Assembly (NCBI RefSeq): GCF_964204645.1
Contig: NC_134034.1
Location: forward strand, 7,352,914-7,416,913
DNA: 64,000 nt
Direction of reading: 5' to 3'
DNA from: Tubulanus polymorphus
Lineage: Eukaryota; Animalia; Nemertea
A model generated the notes under the pieces. It was not told the DNA's origin. It worked only from the letters and a program-made list of their open reading frames with translations, and made no database searches. Within the stretch, counting starts at the first letter, position 1. Each line of letters opens with the position of its first letter. This document shows, in pieces, positions 13,107-26,100 of the stretch. A program made the translations under genes and the position numbers.

Positions 13107-14567
13107 ATGGCAGAAGGTGGGGAAGATATTCCATTGAATCCTTTTGGTGATGAACCCGGTATAAGTGATGAACCACAACCTGATTTTAATGAAACTAATA
13201 TTGATAATGATGATGAATCAGCATATAATTCTAATTTAGCAGATAGTGGTTCTAAAGTCCCATCAACAGAAGAAAATGATAGAAGAATTAGATCGAGAAT
13301 ACCTACTGAAAATTTAGACCCAGGTTTAGAAAGAGAAAATTTAGAAAATTATGAATTTATGTATGAATTTCAACATGTATTTAAAGAATCTGGATATAAT
13401 ATAAATGATAGAGGCGCTAGACTTTTAGTACAAGACTTAAAGGTTTTAGATGGTGAATATTATTATCATTTGAAAGATGATTATTATATTGATATCTCTT
13501 AAAAAAAACAAAACAAAATATTAGCAGAATCAACTTTGCTTAAGTCTGACTCATTACTATCTAGAATTAAGATAATAAGAAATAGTAATGAAATAGAAGA
13601 TGTAACACAAGAAGAAATTATTAAAAATGAAAGAGTATTTAAACAAAGAATTAATGAATTATTTGAAACAATCAAAGATAATCCAGAAACAGAAACAACT
13701 TCTGAACAGAATAAAACTTCCAAAAATAGTAAACTTAAATCAAATAAAGTTCAAATTGAAAAACTTTTACCGAATGGATTAATTGATGCAACAGATCAAG
13801 AATTAAAAGATTTAGATATATTTTCTGATAAAGCAATTAGAGAGAGTATTAGTATAAGAAATGCATCTGATAAAATTGCGCATGATAAAAGTATAAGAGA
13901 TTTTAAAATTAGAACTTTAGAAAAAGAATTAACTGATAAAAATAAAGAAATAGAACAATTAAAGTCTGATTTAGATCATCAAGTAATTGATGAAATAGAA
14001 TATAGGCAAAAAGAATTACGTTTAGAAAAAGAAAAAGATGATTTAGAATATAACATAGAATTACAAAAAGAAGAAATTAAATTATTATTAAAATCATATG
14101 ATTATAATATTAATAGATTACAAGATGTTTTTAAAAGATATCTAATAAAACCAGATTCTGACATATCATTGAAAGATAGAATTAGATTATTATTTAAGTT
14201 AGAAGGAATAACAATTCTTTCAATTCTAACAGCTGTAACTATGTTATTTACAACAATTGGTTTAGCTATATCAAATGCTTTGAAATCTACTCCTACTCCC
14301 AATAAACCAGATAAACCCCCAGGTAATAATTCTATACAAGATAAAGTTAAGGATGGTTTAAAGAAATTAGCAAAATATTTATGGGAACTATCTAAAAAAT
14401 CTGCTGCAGCATTGCCAGGAATTATTGCATCAATTGTTGGTTTTATATTGAAATCTGCAGGAAACATTATTAACTTTGCTGCTGAACATATTATTTTATT
14501 TTTAATTACAGTTGTAAGTGCTATTATTTTTGGGTTAGTAAATATGATATCAAAAAATATCAAGTAA
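13107..14567 (+). pseudogene. Acidic/coiled-coil protein with C-terminal transmembrane segments, frameshift near 13500
   Basis: The 131-aa and 343-aa ORFs together align with 33152-34583. Confidence 0.75.
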
Positions 14568-14607
14568 ACATGATCAAAAATAAATAATTAATTTTTTTGT
14601 TAAATAA

Positions 14608-15855
14608 CTGAGTGGGAGTTATATCAATCCTTCTAAGAATCATAGAAGATCTAATGCTATTAAAGCAGAAAGATCTCATCATATAATTACTAATAACCCT
14701 TCTAATATTAATCCTGATGAAACTTTATATATTAGAATCCGTCGATTAACACAAAATACTTTTTACGTTCCAAATAGTATTTATTTATCAGCTGATATAA
14801 AAGTAATCGGTAATAATAATAATTATGTTGTTGATAATGTTGGAAGATATTTGATTAAAAAGTTAACAATAAAGATTGGTCCAGAAACAGTTTTCTCATT
14901 AGATGATTATAATTTATTCATGCATTATAAAGATTTATGGTTAACTAAAGAAAATAGAAATAATATGATATTTCAAGGAATCCAATCAGAAAACCAAAAT
15001 AAATTAAGATCAGGAGCTAATGACGCAATAGTAACTCGCACCGCAGATAATTTGATAAAAAAGATTTATGGAAGCAAATATAAAATTCCATTAGACTTTG
15101 AATTGATAAATAACAATGCACCTTTATATAAATATGCAATTCAAGAAGATGTTACATTCGAAATAACATTTGCTCCTGTAAATGAAATTGTATTATCTAG
15201 CGTTGTTAAAGATATGAGTTATAAATTATCGAATATATGTTTGGAATATGACACAGTAACTGATGAAAATATTTCAAGTATAATTCAAACTCAATACAAT
15301 CAAGGATTTTCATTATTATATGATTATATTGATAAATTTAAAACCGTAACTATTAATGCAAATGATGAAATTATTAATGAGAATATTAACTTCCCAAGAA
15401 GATCTATTAAAGGTATATTAATATTTTTTACCATTGCAACATATACTAATGGTGCAATACAGGTAGATAATTATTATAACCCTGAAATAACAAAAGTAAA
15501 AATAACTATCGAAGGAATAGCAAATAAAATATTTTGTCAAGGAATGAGAATGATAGATCAATGGCCAGAAATTAGAAAACATTTTATGAATGAAAAAGTA
15601 AAATCATCTGAAAATTGTAATATTAATCAAATTGATTATTATACCGGTAATAAATATGCATTATGGTTAGATTTTAGAACAACAGAGGATAATTCATAAC
15701 ATGGTTCTGGAAAAAAACTACAAAACACTAAAGTTGGAATACAATTATTCATGACAAAGAATAAAGGAATCAAAAATTTTAAAATGCACATTTATATTAT
15801 ATCTGACGCGCAATTAAATATTGTAAATTCACAATTAGATAGTGTTATGTATTAA
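14608..15855 (+). pseudogene. Major capsid protein (element A); start codon mutated to CTG, stop at 15697
   Basis: 415 codons colinear with the intact ORF at 31884-33131. Confidence 0.75.
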
Positions 15856-15887
15856 AATTTTAACTTTAATAAAAATATATATAATAA

Positions 15888-16664
15888 ATGGAAGGAGGTA
15901 AAGTATATAAACATATTCCATACATCGATACACATGAAAATAATGATGGTTTATATTATGTAATACCTTGTAATATAGCTTTGATATTTGATCCTATTTT
16001 CAAAATTTATAAAACTAAACTAATACATATCGATAATAATAAAGGTGGTGTTGTTGATAATTTAAGTAATGTAATTGATAATAATGTAATACCTTCTACA
16101 TCTAATAATGTAATACCTTCTACATCTAATAATGAAATAATATTAAATATTAGTGAAAATAGAAATTATTGTGATTATTGTAAAGGTGAATTTTCAAACG
16201 CCCCATCAAATTGGAATAAACATATGAATACAAAGGTACATATTACTAATGTTATAGAACGTGTTGGTTTAAGAGAATTTATAGAACACCCATTTAGATA
16301 TGTTACAAAGTTTGTTTCAAATAAAAAAGTAAATGGTTAAGAATTATATGAAGATTTTTTATTAGCAACACCTAATAAAGATGAATTAGATTTAACTGAT
16401 GCTAATGAAATATTAGGATCAAACACTGTAAATGAAATATTAGGAGCAAACACTAATAAAGATTCTATGAAACATAAAGTAGAAAATAATGATAACTTTG
16501 ATTGGATGAATAAGTTTAACAATGAAACAACTATTGATGATGCGGTAAAAAGGGCGAAGAATAAGTATAAAAATAAAACAACTATTGATGTAGATTCGGT
16601 AGAGCATTTGAATAAATTGTTAGGGCCTGATAGTGAATTGGAGAGTGATAGTGGAAGTGATTAA
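15888..16664 (+). CDS. Element A-specific ORF(s) with a C2H2 finger and acidic tail, probably one frameshifted gene
   Basis: TAAATG start; YCDYCKGEF..WNKHMNTKVH; internal 24-bp duplication (NNVIPSTS twice). Confidence 0.55.
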
Positions 16665-16744
16665 GATATTAATTATATTTAACTCAAATGATAATATTAG
16701 TTGAAAATTGTATAAAATAATAGTAAATAAAAAAGGGGGTTTTA

Positions 16745-16822
16745 AGTATTTAAGGTATTTAAGGTATCTAATACATATCTAATACATATCTAATACATAT
16801 CTAATACATATCTAATACATAT
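16745..16822. repeat. Short tandem repeats: GTATTTAAG x2-3 and TATCTAATACA x5
   Basis: Directly visible between convergent genes. Confidence 0.9.
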
Positions 16823-16912
16823 TATTTGAAAATACCTTAAATTATATTTCTTTTTTAAATTTATGTTGAAACCTCAGTAATAATAAATAATCTTTATTAT
16901 TTTCAAACTTAT

Positions 16913-17539
16913 TCATATATTTGTTGAATTTTTTGAATATTTATATTCATATTGAAATTGTAGTCTCAGTAATAATTTTGAACCTTTATTATTCTTTAAT
17001 TTATTCATATATTCATCATGTAATTCAGTAGGTATAATTTGATTTTCTTCCAATGATTGTTGCATAGATTTTTTATCTTTGTTATGAAATAAAACTAGAA
17101 ATCTTATATTCTCCCTAAAGTCTTTAACAATTGAATTATATTTTTGATTTAAAACCCATGTTGTTATCCCAAAATGTCATCCAGAGAAAGCTAGATAACA
17201 TAACTCACTTTCTCTCACTTTTGATTCATGTAAATTAGCGCAATCATCTATAATGAATAATGTATTTGATCCTTTATAAGTATCAATTGCTATTTTTATA
17301 AAATTATCTAAATTTTCTTTTACTGTTTTAGGATCTAATATAATAAACTTTTTTATCTTAACTATATCTCTATTATATGTTTTATTCATTTCATAAGTAG
17401 GACAAAATAATATTATATTATCAAAATGATTCTTATAAATAGTTTCTAACACGTCTAATATGAAATGTGTTTTACCACAATTGGTTACTCCAGTTATTAA
17501 CATATTATGCGGTTCAAATATAAATAAATCTTTATTCAT
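16913..17539 (-). pseudogene. A32/FtsK-HerA-like packaging ATPase (element A)
   Basis: Walker A GVTNCGKT and Walker B LFIIDD; the Arg of the GRH motif is replaced by TGA at 17177-17179. Confidence 0.88.
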
Positions 17540-18137
17540 TCATTCTTTTAATTTTACTAGATAAAATCCATTCATTAAATTTATCATCGTATCCTTTATA
17601 TTTCACCAAAGAATACTTTTTTTCCTTTAAGAGTTTTTGTTTTCAATACTTTTTCTATTTTGTATTCTATTTCATCTGGATTTGGTACAAGTGATAATTC
17701 TTGTTCATAGAAATAACCTAATATTTCTTCATCTTTTAGATCTTCCAATTTATAAACAAATGGTTTAGTTAATATTATCTTTTTAATCTTAAATATTTCT
17801 TCAGTAAAATTAGGAGTATAACCTTTATAAAATGTTTTTCGATATTTAGAAATTCTAACATGTTTTCCTATCTTAAATTTAGGTTCACCGAAATCATGCG
17901 TAACAATCGCTCCATATAAATTATTCCAAACTATTTCTGAATTATCTTCTTCTCTAGCCTGTATGGGTTTCATATTTATAGAACTATGTTTAGAATTATT
18001 ATAACCTTTCACTAAATCATCTAACACATCGATATATTTATATGTTTCATTAGCAGTAAAGTATTTCCACATTCTAGTTTTCAATGTTTTATTAAATCTT
18101 TCTATAATAGATGCTTTTTTATCTGAGTGTGTTGAAA
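17533..18137 (-). pseudogene. Retroviral-type integrase, C-terminal half with chromodomain (element A)
   Basis: IERFNKTLK catalytic Glu, YNNSKHSSI, and a frameshifted chromodomain YKIEKVLK..VKYKGYDDKFNEWI. Confidence 0.88.
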
Positions 18138-18447
18138 AAACAACTACAATCATACAGTCAAAAATCTGTTACATGTTATTATAAGAGAGTGCTTCATTTG
18201 AATATTGATCAATCAAACAGGTGTTGCACAACGTTGTTGTTATATTGGATAGCTAGCAGTTACATAATAAGCACGCAGTACATACAACACACACAGGCCA
18301 GTTAGCCGGCATTGAACTACCACGTTTTCATTGGTTGCTGAAAGCGAGGTTTATTTAAATTAGCTCGGCCGTGACGACAGGAGGATAGTCATCATTCTCT
18401 CTCGTGATTAAAAGGAATATTTCAATGTTTTTACGGTAAGTTTTAGC

Positions 18448-18736
18448 AAAACCACCCGACTTGACTCGCAGAGTTTTTAGGGGATAAGCATCCCGTTATT
18501 GAGAGGCGCCACGAGATACCTATCCCCAAGCATTTCTACTTACACCCCTGTGGACCACGCTTCACCAATTCTCCTTCAATGGTTGACAGGAAACACATTA
18601 TATTAAAGGCGCCTAATGCATTTCCTATCAACCCCTTACCCCCGAAAGGAGGATCGAAAGTCGAAACTGAAGGAGAACCACGGAGGGTGGACAAAGGTGC
18701 ATTTTCGAAATGCCCCTGCAAGCCAAGCCCGGCGGC
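18448..18736 (-). ncRNA. Candidate structured Pol III ncRNA, copy 1 (unknown family)
   Basis: Same as 28168-28456; TATATAA at 18767-18761. Confidence 0.7.
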
Positions 18737-19206
18737 ACTCCAGTGGTTGAATGAATTGCATTATATACTTAGCTAAAACACCTAAGTAAATGTTGCTGGT
18801 GCTAAAAAAATATGTGAAATTTGAAATTATAAATTATTCCGAATGAAAAGAATATAAGAATGAAAACTGATAAATGAATTATGGATTTTTAACTTAATTA
18901 TGATATAATTTTTAATCAAATTAGTAATCAATTACTATGTTAATTGATTAACAAATTCAAATTCAAATTCAAATATTCATTTTAGCATACTCAGTGCTAT
19001 CATCTTTAAATTTAAGAAAAAACTAATAATAAGAAACGACTGTAATACAATATTCAAGTAAAAACAAAATAAATTAATAAAAATAATGAATATCTAGAAT
19101 CCGAAATGACTTATCTGGACAATTTAATTGCTCCGCATAGATAGACAAAAGTAGTGAGATATTCAATTAATTAAAAAAATTATTTTTTTTGCTTTTTTCT
19201 AAAATA

Positions 19207-19560
19207 TTAATCCATTTTCTTTATTATCAATTTTGGAATTTCAGAAGTATTTTCATTTTTGATAGCAGTTGTTTCAGAATTATTAATATCATGAATTTTA
19301 TTTGATTTCTTATACCAATTACGCCCAATCAAAATGAATACAATTACAAATCCAACTGTAAAATATAGACATTTATCAAATATTCTATCATTAGAAGGAT
19401 TAGAAATAACAATATTTTCACTATTTTTATTAACATTTTTATTACTTATTTTTTCTTTTACAGCTTTTTTATATTCTTGTGATTTAATTCCTAATTGTCG
19501 AGACCATTCAATTTGTTTCTGTGATCTCGGTTTTTTCTTCACTTCTTCCACCTCGCTCAT
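19207..19560 (-). CDS. Polinton single-pass membrane protein, 117 aa (copy of 28900-29280)
   Basis: Basic N-terminus, one hydrophobic segment, TAAATG start. Confidence 0.65.
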   Translation of the reverse strand: MSEVEEVKKKPRSQKQIEWSRQLGIKSQEYKKAVKEKISNKNVNKNSENIVISNPSNDRIFDKCLYFTVGFVIVFILIGRNWYKKSNKIHDINNSETTAIKNENTSEIPKLIIKKMD

Positions 19561-19904
19561 TTATTAGAGAAATATTTTTACTTTCAATATTTGAAAATGT
19601 TATAACCCCAGTTGATAATAATGTCATATATCCACCTAATTGAAATGATAAATATCCAATCCATTTATTTAATTCAGTCATAACTAAATAATCATCCCCA
19701 AAGTTTTGAAATTTCCAAATGTTAGTTCAGAAAGAACATAACAAAAAGCAAAAAGCATACACCGACAGAACGCAAAAGTTCTAAATACTGACGGGGCCGG
19801 AAAAGGTAGAAAAACGATTACAGTACCTTTTCACGACTCCGGAGCCAGACCACTATTCGCCAGTTCGACAGGCCCCCAATTTGTTACACGTTTGAAACAA
19901 ATCT

Positions 19905-20293
19905 CGGCGCAGATGCGGAATTAGCTAGAAGTGAAATAGGGTTCAAAAATCAGTCTGCACTTCAGAATATCGAAGTGAAGTTGAATCATTTGACTGCAGA
20001 ACAAGCTAATGATATAAAGTCGTTGATCAGTGAATTTTCACATTTATTTACAGATAAACCTGGGTGAACCTCGTTGGTTTATCACGATGTGGATGTAGGG
20101 GATGCCGATCCGATTAAACAGCATCCCTACAGGTTAAATCCCGAAAAGGCGGGAATTGTTGACAACGAAGTTGGGGATATGAAACGTCTGGACGTAGCTG
20201 AGCGGAGCGATTGTGAGTGGAGCTCGCCGTGCCTATTGGTTCCTAAAAGTAATGAAAAGTGGCGATTTGTAACGGATTATCGTAAGGTAAATG
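19905..20293 (+). mobile_element. Gmr1-like Gypsy pol, 5' part of RT (interrupted by element B)
   Basis: Reads KLNHLTAEQ..HDVDVGDADPIKQHPYRLNP..WSSPCLLVPK..RFVTDYRKVN and continues at 44798. Confidence 0.88.
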
Positions 20294-20462
20294 AGTAATT
20301 GGGAAAGTAGGCTTTCATACCAGAGGTCGAAGGTCGACCACTCATCACCACAAGTAATTTTTTTTCCTTATAAATGGGGGAGAATGAACACCAACCAGAA
20401 AATAATAATGTTAATAAAAATCAATATTATTGCACATATTGTAAAAAATACATCGATAAATC
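20294..20462 (+). repeat. Left terminal inverted repeat of element B
   Basis: Reverse complement of 44629-44797 with one visible mismatch (TGT versus CGT). Confidence 0.95.
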
Positions 20463-20558
20463 AAATAAACCTTACATGGAAAATGTTAGAAATTATATTG
20501 ATTCACTAGAAATAAAAGATACAATTGAAATTTTAGAAATATTACGTAGTAAAATTGT
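20374..20558 (+). pseudogene. Duplicated, internally deleted 5' end of pPolB
   Basis: MGENEHQP..DKS joined to NKPYMENV..RSKI, matching 44717-44629 and 44348-44252. Confidence 0.9.
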
Positions 20559-20724
20559 GACACACATAAACAGTGAGTGCGCGTAACAACAGCTGCGCGT
20601 GTGTTAACTGTACCTGGATAAATAGATGCTGTGAGGCTTGGGTGAGAACGGTTAATAGCGTGTTTGTTATATACAGGGGAAGAAATCCCCACTCATCACC
20701 ACAAGTAATTTGTTTTCCTTATAA

Positions 20725-21051
20725 ATGGGAGATAGAAAAGCATTCTTAGCAACAATAAATAACAGAATAAAACCAGCAAAAAAACAATTTGAAATAAAAA
20801 AGTTAGTTGATTTTACAAAAGAAATTGAACATAAAATATTGAAATTAGAAAAGATAAAAACTAAATATGGAGAGAAAGTATCAGCTAATTTAAGCTACTG
20901 TAATGTTAGTACATCACGAGAATTTAAAGTGTTTTTACCCGATAAATGGGTTTCATTGAGTACAGAGGAATTGAAAGATTTAGTAGGATTTAAAATAATA
21001 TATCATGAGAAAAATGAAGATGGTCATCATGATTTAGAAATTGTTGATTAA
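20725..21051 (+). CDS. Polinton 108-aa protein, possibly OB-fold/ssDNA-binding
   Basis: Intact ORF behind a partial TIR copy; TKYG..VFLP pattern with alternating hydrophobic strands. The function is an inference. Confidence 0.6.
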   Translation: MGDRKAFLATINNRIKPAKKQFEIKKLVDFTKEIEHKILKLEKIKTKYGEKVSANLSYCNVSTSREFKVFLPDKWVSLSTEELKDLVGFKIIYHEKNEDGHHDLEIVD

Positions 21052-21124
21052 ATAAAAAATAAAAATAAATATAGCTGCAAAGCAGCGATAACGGGTTTTC
21101 TGCACAGTCTTAGAATCCTGTTCA

Positions 21125-21350
21125 ACGGTGGATTTCAACAAAGCATTTGATAAGGCTCAACATCAGCCATTACTAAACAGTATCAATGATAGGTCGCCCA
21201 AATGGCTCAGCAGTTATCTCTGAACGGAAACTTGTAACCGAAATCAACGGAACGCCTCATCTTGGAATGAGACGGTCTAACTAGTGGAGTCACGCAAGGT
21301 AGTATCCTAAGTCGTCTTCTGTTTAATCTCCTGACAAATGACATACACAG
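21125..21350 (+). pseudogene. Degenerate non-LTR (CR1/L2-like) reverse transcriptase relic
   Basis: VDFNKAFDK..WLSSYL..SGVTQGSILSRLLFNLLTNDI. Confidence 0.75.
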
Positions 21351-21435
21351 TTATCCAAAATATACCAGACCGAGTAAATTTCCAAAACAACCTTAACACA
21401 CTGTTCGACCAAAAACTTAATGTTCCGACAAAACC

Positions 21436-21732
21436 ACGGGCGACAAAACCAAAATTATGAATCGTCGCGGGTGACAAAACCAAAATATTGAATTGTCACG
21501 GGTGACAAAACAAAAATAATGAATTGTCGCGGGCGATAAAACCAAAATAATGAATTGTCGTGGGCGATAAAACCACAATAATGAATTGTCGCGGGCGTTA
21601 AAACCAAAATATTGAATCGTCGCGGGCGATAAAACCAAAATAATGAATTGTCGCGGACGGCAAAAACAAAATAATGAATTTTTGCGTGCGACAAAACCAA
21701 AATAATGAGTTGTCGCGGGCGATAAAACCAAA
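21436..21732. repeat. 31-bp satellite, first block
   Basis: Unit AAAACCAAAATAATGAATTGTCGCGGGCGAY, about 9 copies. Confidence 0.97.
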
Positions 21733-23149
21733 CTAGGGGTCCAGGGACACCATGCTCACTTGGGAAGTGGTTTCAAATGCTCAACTATCTAACAATTTAA
21801 ATACATAACGCCCTCTAGTGACCATATACAAAAACCAATGACCTTGAAACCCACCACAATCATAGAACATGTGAGCAGCTATGATTTTGTAATTGATTGT
21901 GATAACAAAATATGCCTCGTTACCAATTTAATATGGAAATACTAAGTTATTCTACTATTCAACGCCCTCTGGTGACCATATGCAAAACCCAATGACCTTG
22001 AAACTCACCACAATCGTAGTACATGTCATGAAATACAATTTTGCAATTGATCATAGTAACAAAATATGCCTAGGTACCAATCTAATAAGGAAATACTAAG
22101 CCATTCTACTATTCAGCGCCCCCTGGTGACTATATAGAATAACTAATGTCCTTAAAAACTCACCACAATCATAGACGATGTCATGAACTACAACTTAACA
22201 ATGGATCATGGTAACAAACTATGCCTAGGTACCAATCTAATAAGGAAAAACTAAGCTTTTCTACTATTCAACGCCCCCTGGTGACTATATGGAATAACTA
22301 ATGTCCTTAAAAACTCACCACAATCATAGACGATGTCATGAACTACAACTTTGCAATTGATCATGGTAACAAAATATGCCTTGGTACAAATATAATATAG
22401 CGATACTAAGTTATTGTATTATTCAACGCCCCCTGATGGCCACATACGAAAACCAATGACCTTGAAACTCACCAAAATCATAGAACACGTTATGGGCTAC
22501 AACTTTACAATTGAATATAGTAACACAATATGCTTAGGTATCAATTTAATGTGGAAAAACTTTTTCCCACCTACGAATGAGTACTGATGACACCAAGATG
22601 GCCGCCAATTGCGTCATAATTGGCTGATCAAAAATACCTGTCCCAGGTATAAAACATCCCTCTCTAAAGAATACCCATCAGCAATTGCAATGAGAAATGG
22701 CAAACCAGTAGGAAGCTACAGGACCTAGAATTCTGGCCAAAATTGACATTTTTGGGCACTAAAAAGGTCATAGGACGGCCATCTTGAGTCAGATCGACCC
22801 ATTTTTCTTATGCTGATGGGCCTTTGGTAGATTCAAATATAAACGAAAGATCAAGGTAATTGATCAAAGCGTCTTCAAAATTTCCCACGAAAACTTCGAA
22901 AATGTTTAAAAAGTGCTGATTATGGCAAACAACAATGGCTGCCAGTCGACCATCTTGAATCTGACAGGGCTAGTTTTTGGGCTGACGATGTGTCTAGGGT
23001 AGATACATGTTTACACCAAATATCAAGACATTACCTTGAAGCGTCTTCAAAACTTCCCAAAATAACTGGATTCCGTCTATGGACGGACGGACGGACGAAA
23101 AGTGAACGCAATAGCCCGCTGGGACTAAAGTCCCAAGTGGACTGAAAAA
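21730..23149 (+). mobile_element. Non-autonomous Helentron/HINE-like element inserted in the satellite
   Basis: Inserted in an A-run without TSD; contains about 154-bp tandem repeats (21808-22555), a (GGAC)n microsatellite and the terminal hairpin TGGGACT-AA-AGTCCCA. A related end lies inverted at 59986-60050. Confidence 0.6.
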
Positions 23150-26100
23150 GAATTGTCGCGGGCGACAAAACCAAACTAATGAATTGTCGCGGGTGATAAA
23201 ACGAAAATATTGAATTGTCACGGGCGACAAAACCAAAATAATGAATTTTCGCGGGCGATAAAACCGTAATAATGAATTGTCACGGGCGATAAAACCAAAA
23301 TAATGAATTATCGCGGGCGACAAAACCAAAATAATGAATTATCGCGGGCGATAAAACCAAAATATTGAATTGTCGCGGGCGACAAATCAAAAAAAAAATT
23401 GTCGCGGGCGACAAAACCAAAAAAAATTGTCGCGGGCGACAAAAACAAAATATAAAACCAAAATAATGAATTGTCGCGGGCGATAAAACCGTAATAATGA
23501 ATTGTCGCGGGCGATAAAACAGAAATAAAGAATTATCGCGGGCGACAAAACCAAAATGATAAATTATCGCGGGCGATAAAACCAAAATATTGAATTGTCG
23601 CGGGCGCCAAAACCAACAAAAAAATTGTCGCGGGCGCCAAAACCAAAAAAAAAATTGTCGCGGGTGACAAAAACAAAATATAAAACCAAAATAATGAATT
23701 GTCGCGGGCGACAAAACTAAAAAGAAGGATTGTCGCGCGCGACAAAACCAAAATAATGAATTGTCGCTGGCGATAAAACCAAAATAGTGAAATGTCGCAG
23801 GCGATAAAACCGGGACAAAAAAAAAATTGTCGAGTGCGATAAAACCAAAATTATGAATTGTTGCGTGTGACAAAACCAAAACAATGAATTGTCGCAGGCG
23901 ATAAAACAAAAATAATGAATTGTCGCGGGTGATAAAACCAAAATATTGAATTGTCGCGGGCGACAAAACCAAACTAATGAATTGTCGCGGGTGACAAAAC
24001 CAAAATAATGAATTGTCGCAGGCGATAAAACCAAAATAATGAATTGTCTCGGGCGACAAAAACATAATATTTAATTGTCACGTGCGATAAAACCAAAATA
24101 ATGAATTTTCGCGGGCGACAAAACCAAAATAATGAATTGTCGCGGGCGACAAAACCAAAATAATGAATTGTTGCGGGTGATAAAACCAAAATAATTATTT
24201 GTTGCGGGCGACAAAACCAAAATATTGAATTGTCGCGGGCGACAAAAAAAAAATTAAACCAAAATAATGAATTGTTGCGGGCGACAAAAACAAAATATAA
24301 AACCAAAATAGTGAATTGTCGCGGGCGACAAAACCAAAATAATGAATTGTCGCTGGAGATAAAACCAAAGTAATGAATTGTCGCGGGCGATAAAACCAAA
24401 ATATTGAATTTTCGCGGGAGACAAAACAAAACTAATGAATTGTCGCGGGCGACAAAACCAAAAAAGAATTGTCGGGGCGACAAAACCAAAATAATGAATT
24501 GCCGCGGGCGACAAAACCAAAATGGTGAATTGTCCAGGGGACAAAACCAAAATGGTGAATTGTCGTGGGCGACAAAACCAAAATAATGAATTGTCGTGGG
24601 CGATAAAACCAAAATAATGAAGTCGCGGGCGACAAAACCAAAATAATGAATTGTTGCGGGCGATAAAACCAAAATAATGATTTGTTGCGGGCGACAAAAC
24701 CAAAATATTGAATTGTCGCGGGCGACAAAAAAAAAATTAAACCAAAATAATGAATTGTCGCAGGCGACAAAAACAAAATATAAAACCAAAATAGTGAATT
24801 GTCGCGGGCGACAAAACCAAAATAATGATTTGTCGCTGGAGATAAAACCAAAGTAATGAATTGTCGCGGGCGATAAAACCAAAATATTGAATTTTCGCGG
24901 GAGACAAAACCAAACTAATGAATTGTCGCGGGCGACAAAACCAAAAAAGAATTGTCGGGGCGACAAAACCAAAATAATGAATTGCCGCGGGCGACAAAAC
25001 CAAAATGGTGAATTGTCCAGGGGACAAAACCAAAATGGTGAATTGTCGTGGGCGACAAAACCAAAATAATGAATTGTCTTGGGCGATAAAACAAAAATAA
25101 TGAATTATCACGGGCGATAAAACAAAAATATTGAATTGTCGCGGGCGATTAAACCAAAATATTGAATTGTCGCGGGCGACAAAACCAAAAAAAGATTGTC
25201 GCGGGCGACAAAAACAAAATATAAAACCAAAATAATGAATTGTGGCGGGCGATAAAACCGTAATAATGAATTGTCGCGGGCGATAAAACAGAAATAAAGA
25301 ATTATCGCGGGCGACAAAACCAAAATGATAAATTATTGCGGGCGATAAAACCAAAATATTGAATTGTCGCGGGCGACAAAACCAAAAAAAAAATTGTCGC
25401 GGGCGCCAAAACCAAAAACAAAATTGTCGCGGGCGACAAAAACAAAATATAAAACCAAAATAATGAATTGTCGCGGGCGACAAAACTAAAAAGAAGGATT
25501 GTCGCGGGCGACAAAACCAAAATAATGAATTGTCGCTGGCGATAAAACCAAAATAATGAATTGTCGCAGGCGATAAAACCGGGACAAAAAAAAAATTGTC
25601 GAGGGCGATAAAACCAAAATTATGAATTGTCGCAGGCGATAAAACCAAAATAATGAATTGTCGCGGGCGATAAACCCAAAATATTGAATTGTCGTGTGCG
25701 ACAAAACCAAAATATTGATTTGTCGCGGGTGACAAAACCAAATTAATGAATTGTCGCGGGCGATAAAACCAAAATAATCAATTGTTCCGGGCGATAAAAC
25801 CAAAACAATCAATTGTCACTGCTGATAAAACCAAAATATTGAATTGTCGCGAGCGACAAAACCAAAATATTGATTTGTCGCGGGTGACAAAACCAAATTA
25901 ATGGATTGTCCCGGGCGATAAAACCAAAACAATGAATTGTCGCGGGCGATAAAACCAAAAAATTGAATTGTCGTGGGCGACAAAACCAAAATACTGATTT
26001 GTCGCGGGTGACAAAACCAAATTAATGAATTGTCGCGGACGATAAAACCAAAATATTTAATTGTCGCAGGCGATAAAACCAAAATCTTGAATTGTCGCGG

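Larger units (their letters stand above)
6911..18137 (+). mobile_element. Polinton/Maverick-type element A, truncated at both ends and internally deleted
   Basis: Intronless, very AT-rich gene block with pPolB, minor and major capsid, ATPase and integrase homologous to element B; no TIR seen. Confidence 0.9.
18138..19695. repeat. Near-identical direct copy of 27858-29415 (ncRNA cassette plus end of the element B gene block)
   Basis: Colinear without indels at a constant offset of 9720. Confidence 0.95.

Noticed and set aside
14102-14563. Antisense ORFs such as 14102-14563, 33162-33596, 41011-41274 and 62282-62506
   Set aside because: Shadows of the real genes on the opposite strand.
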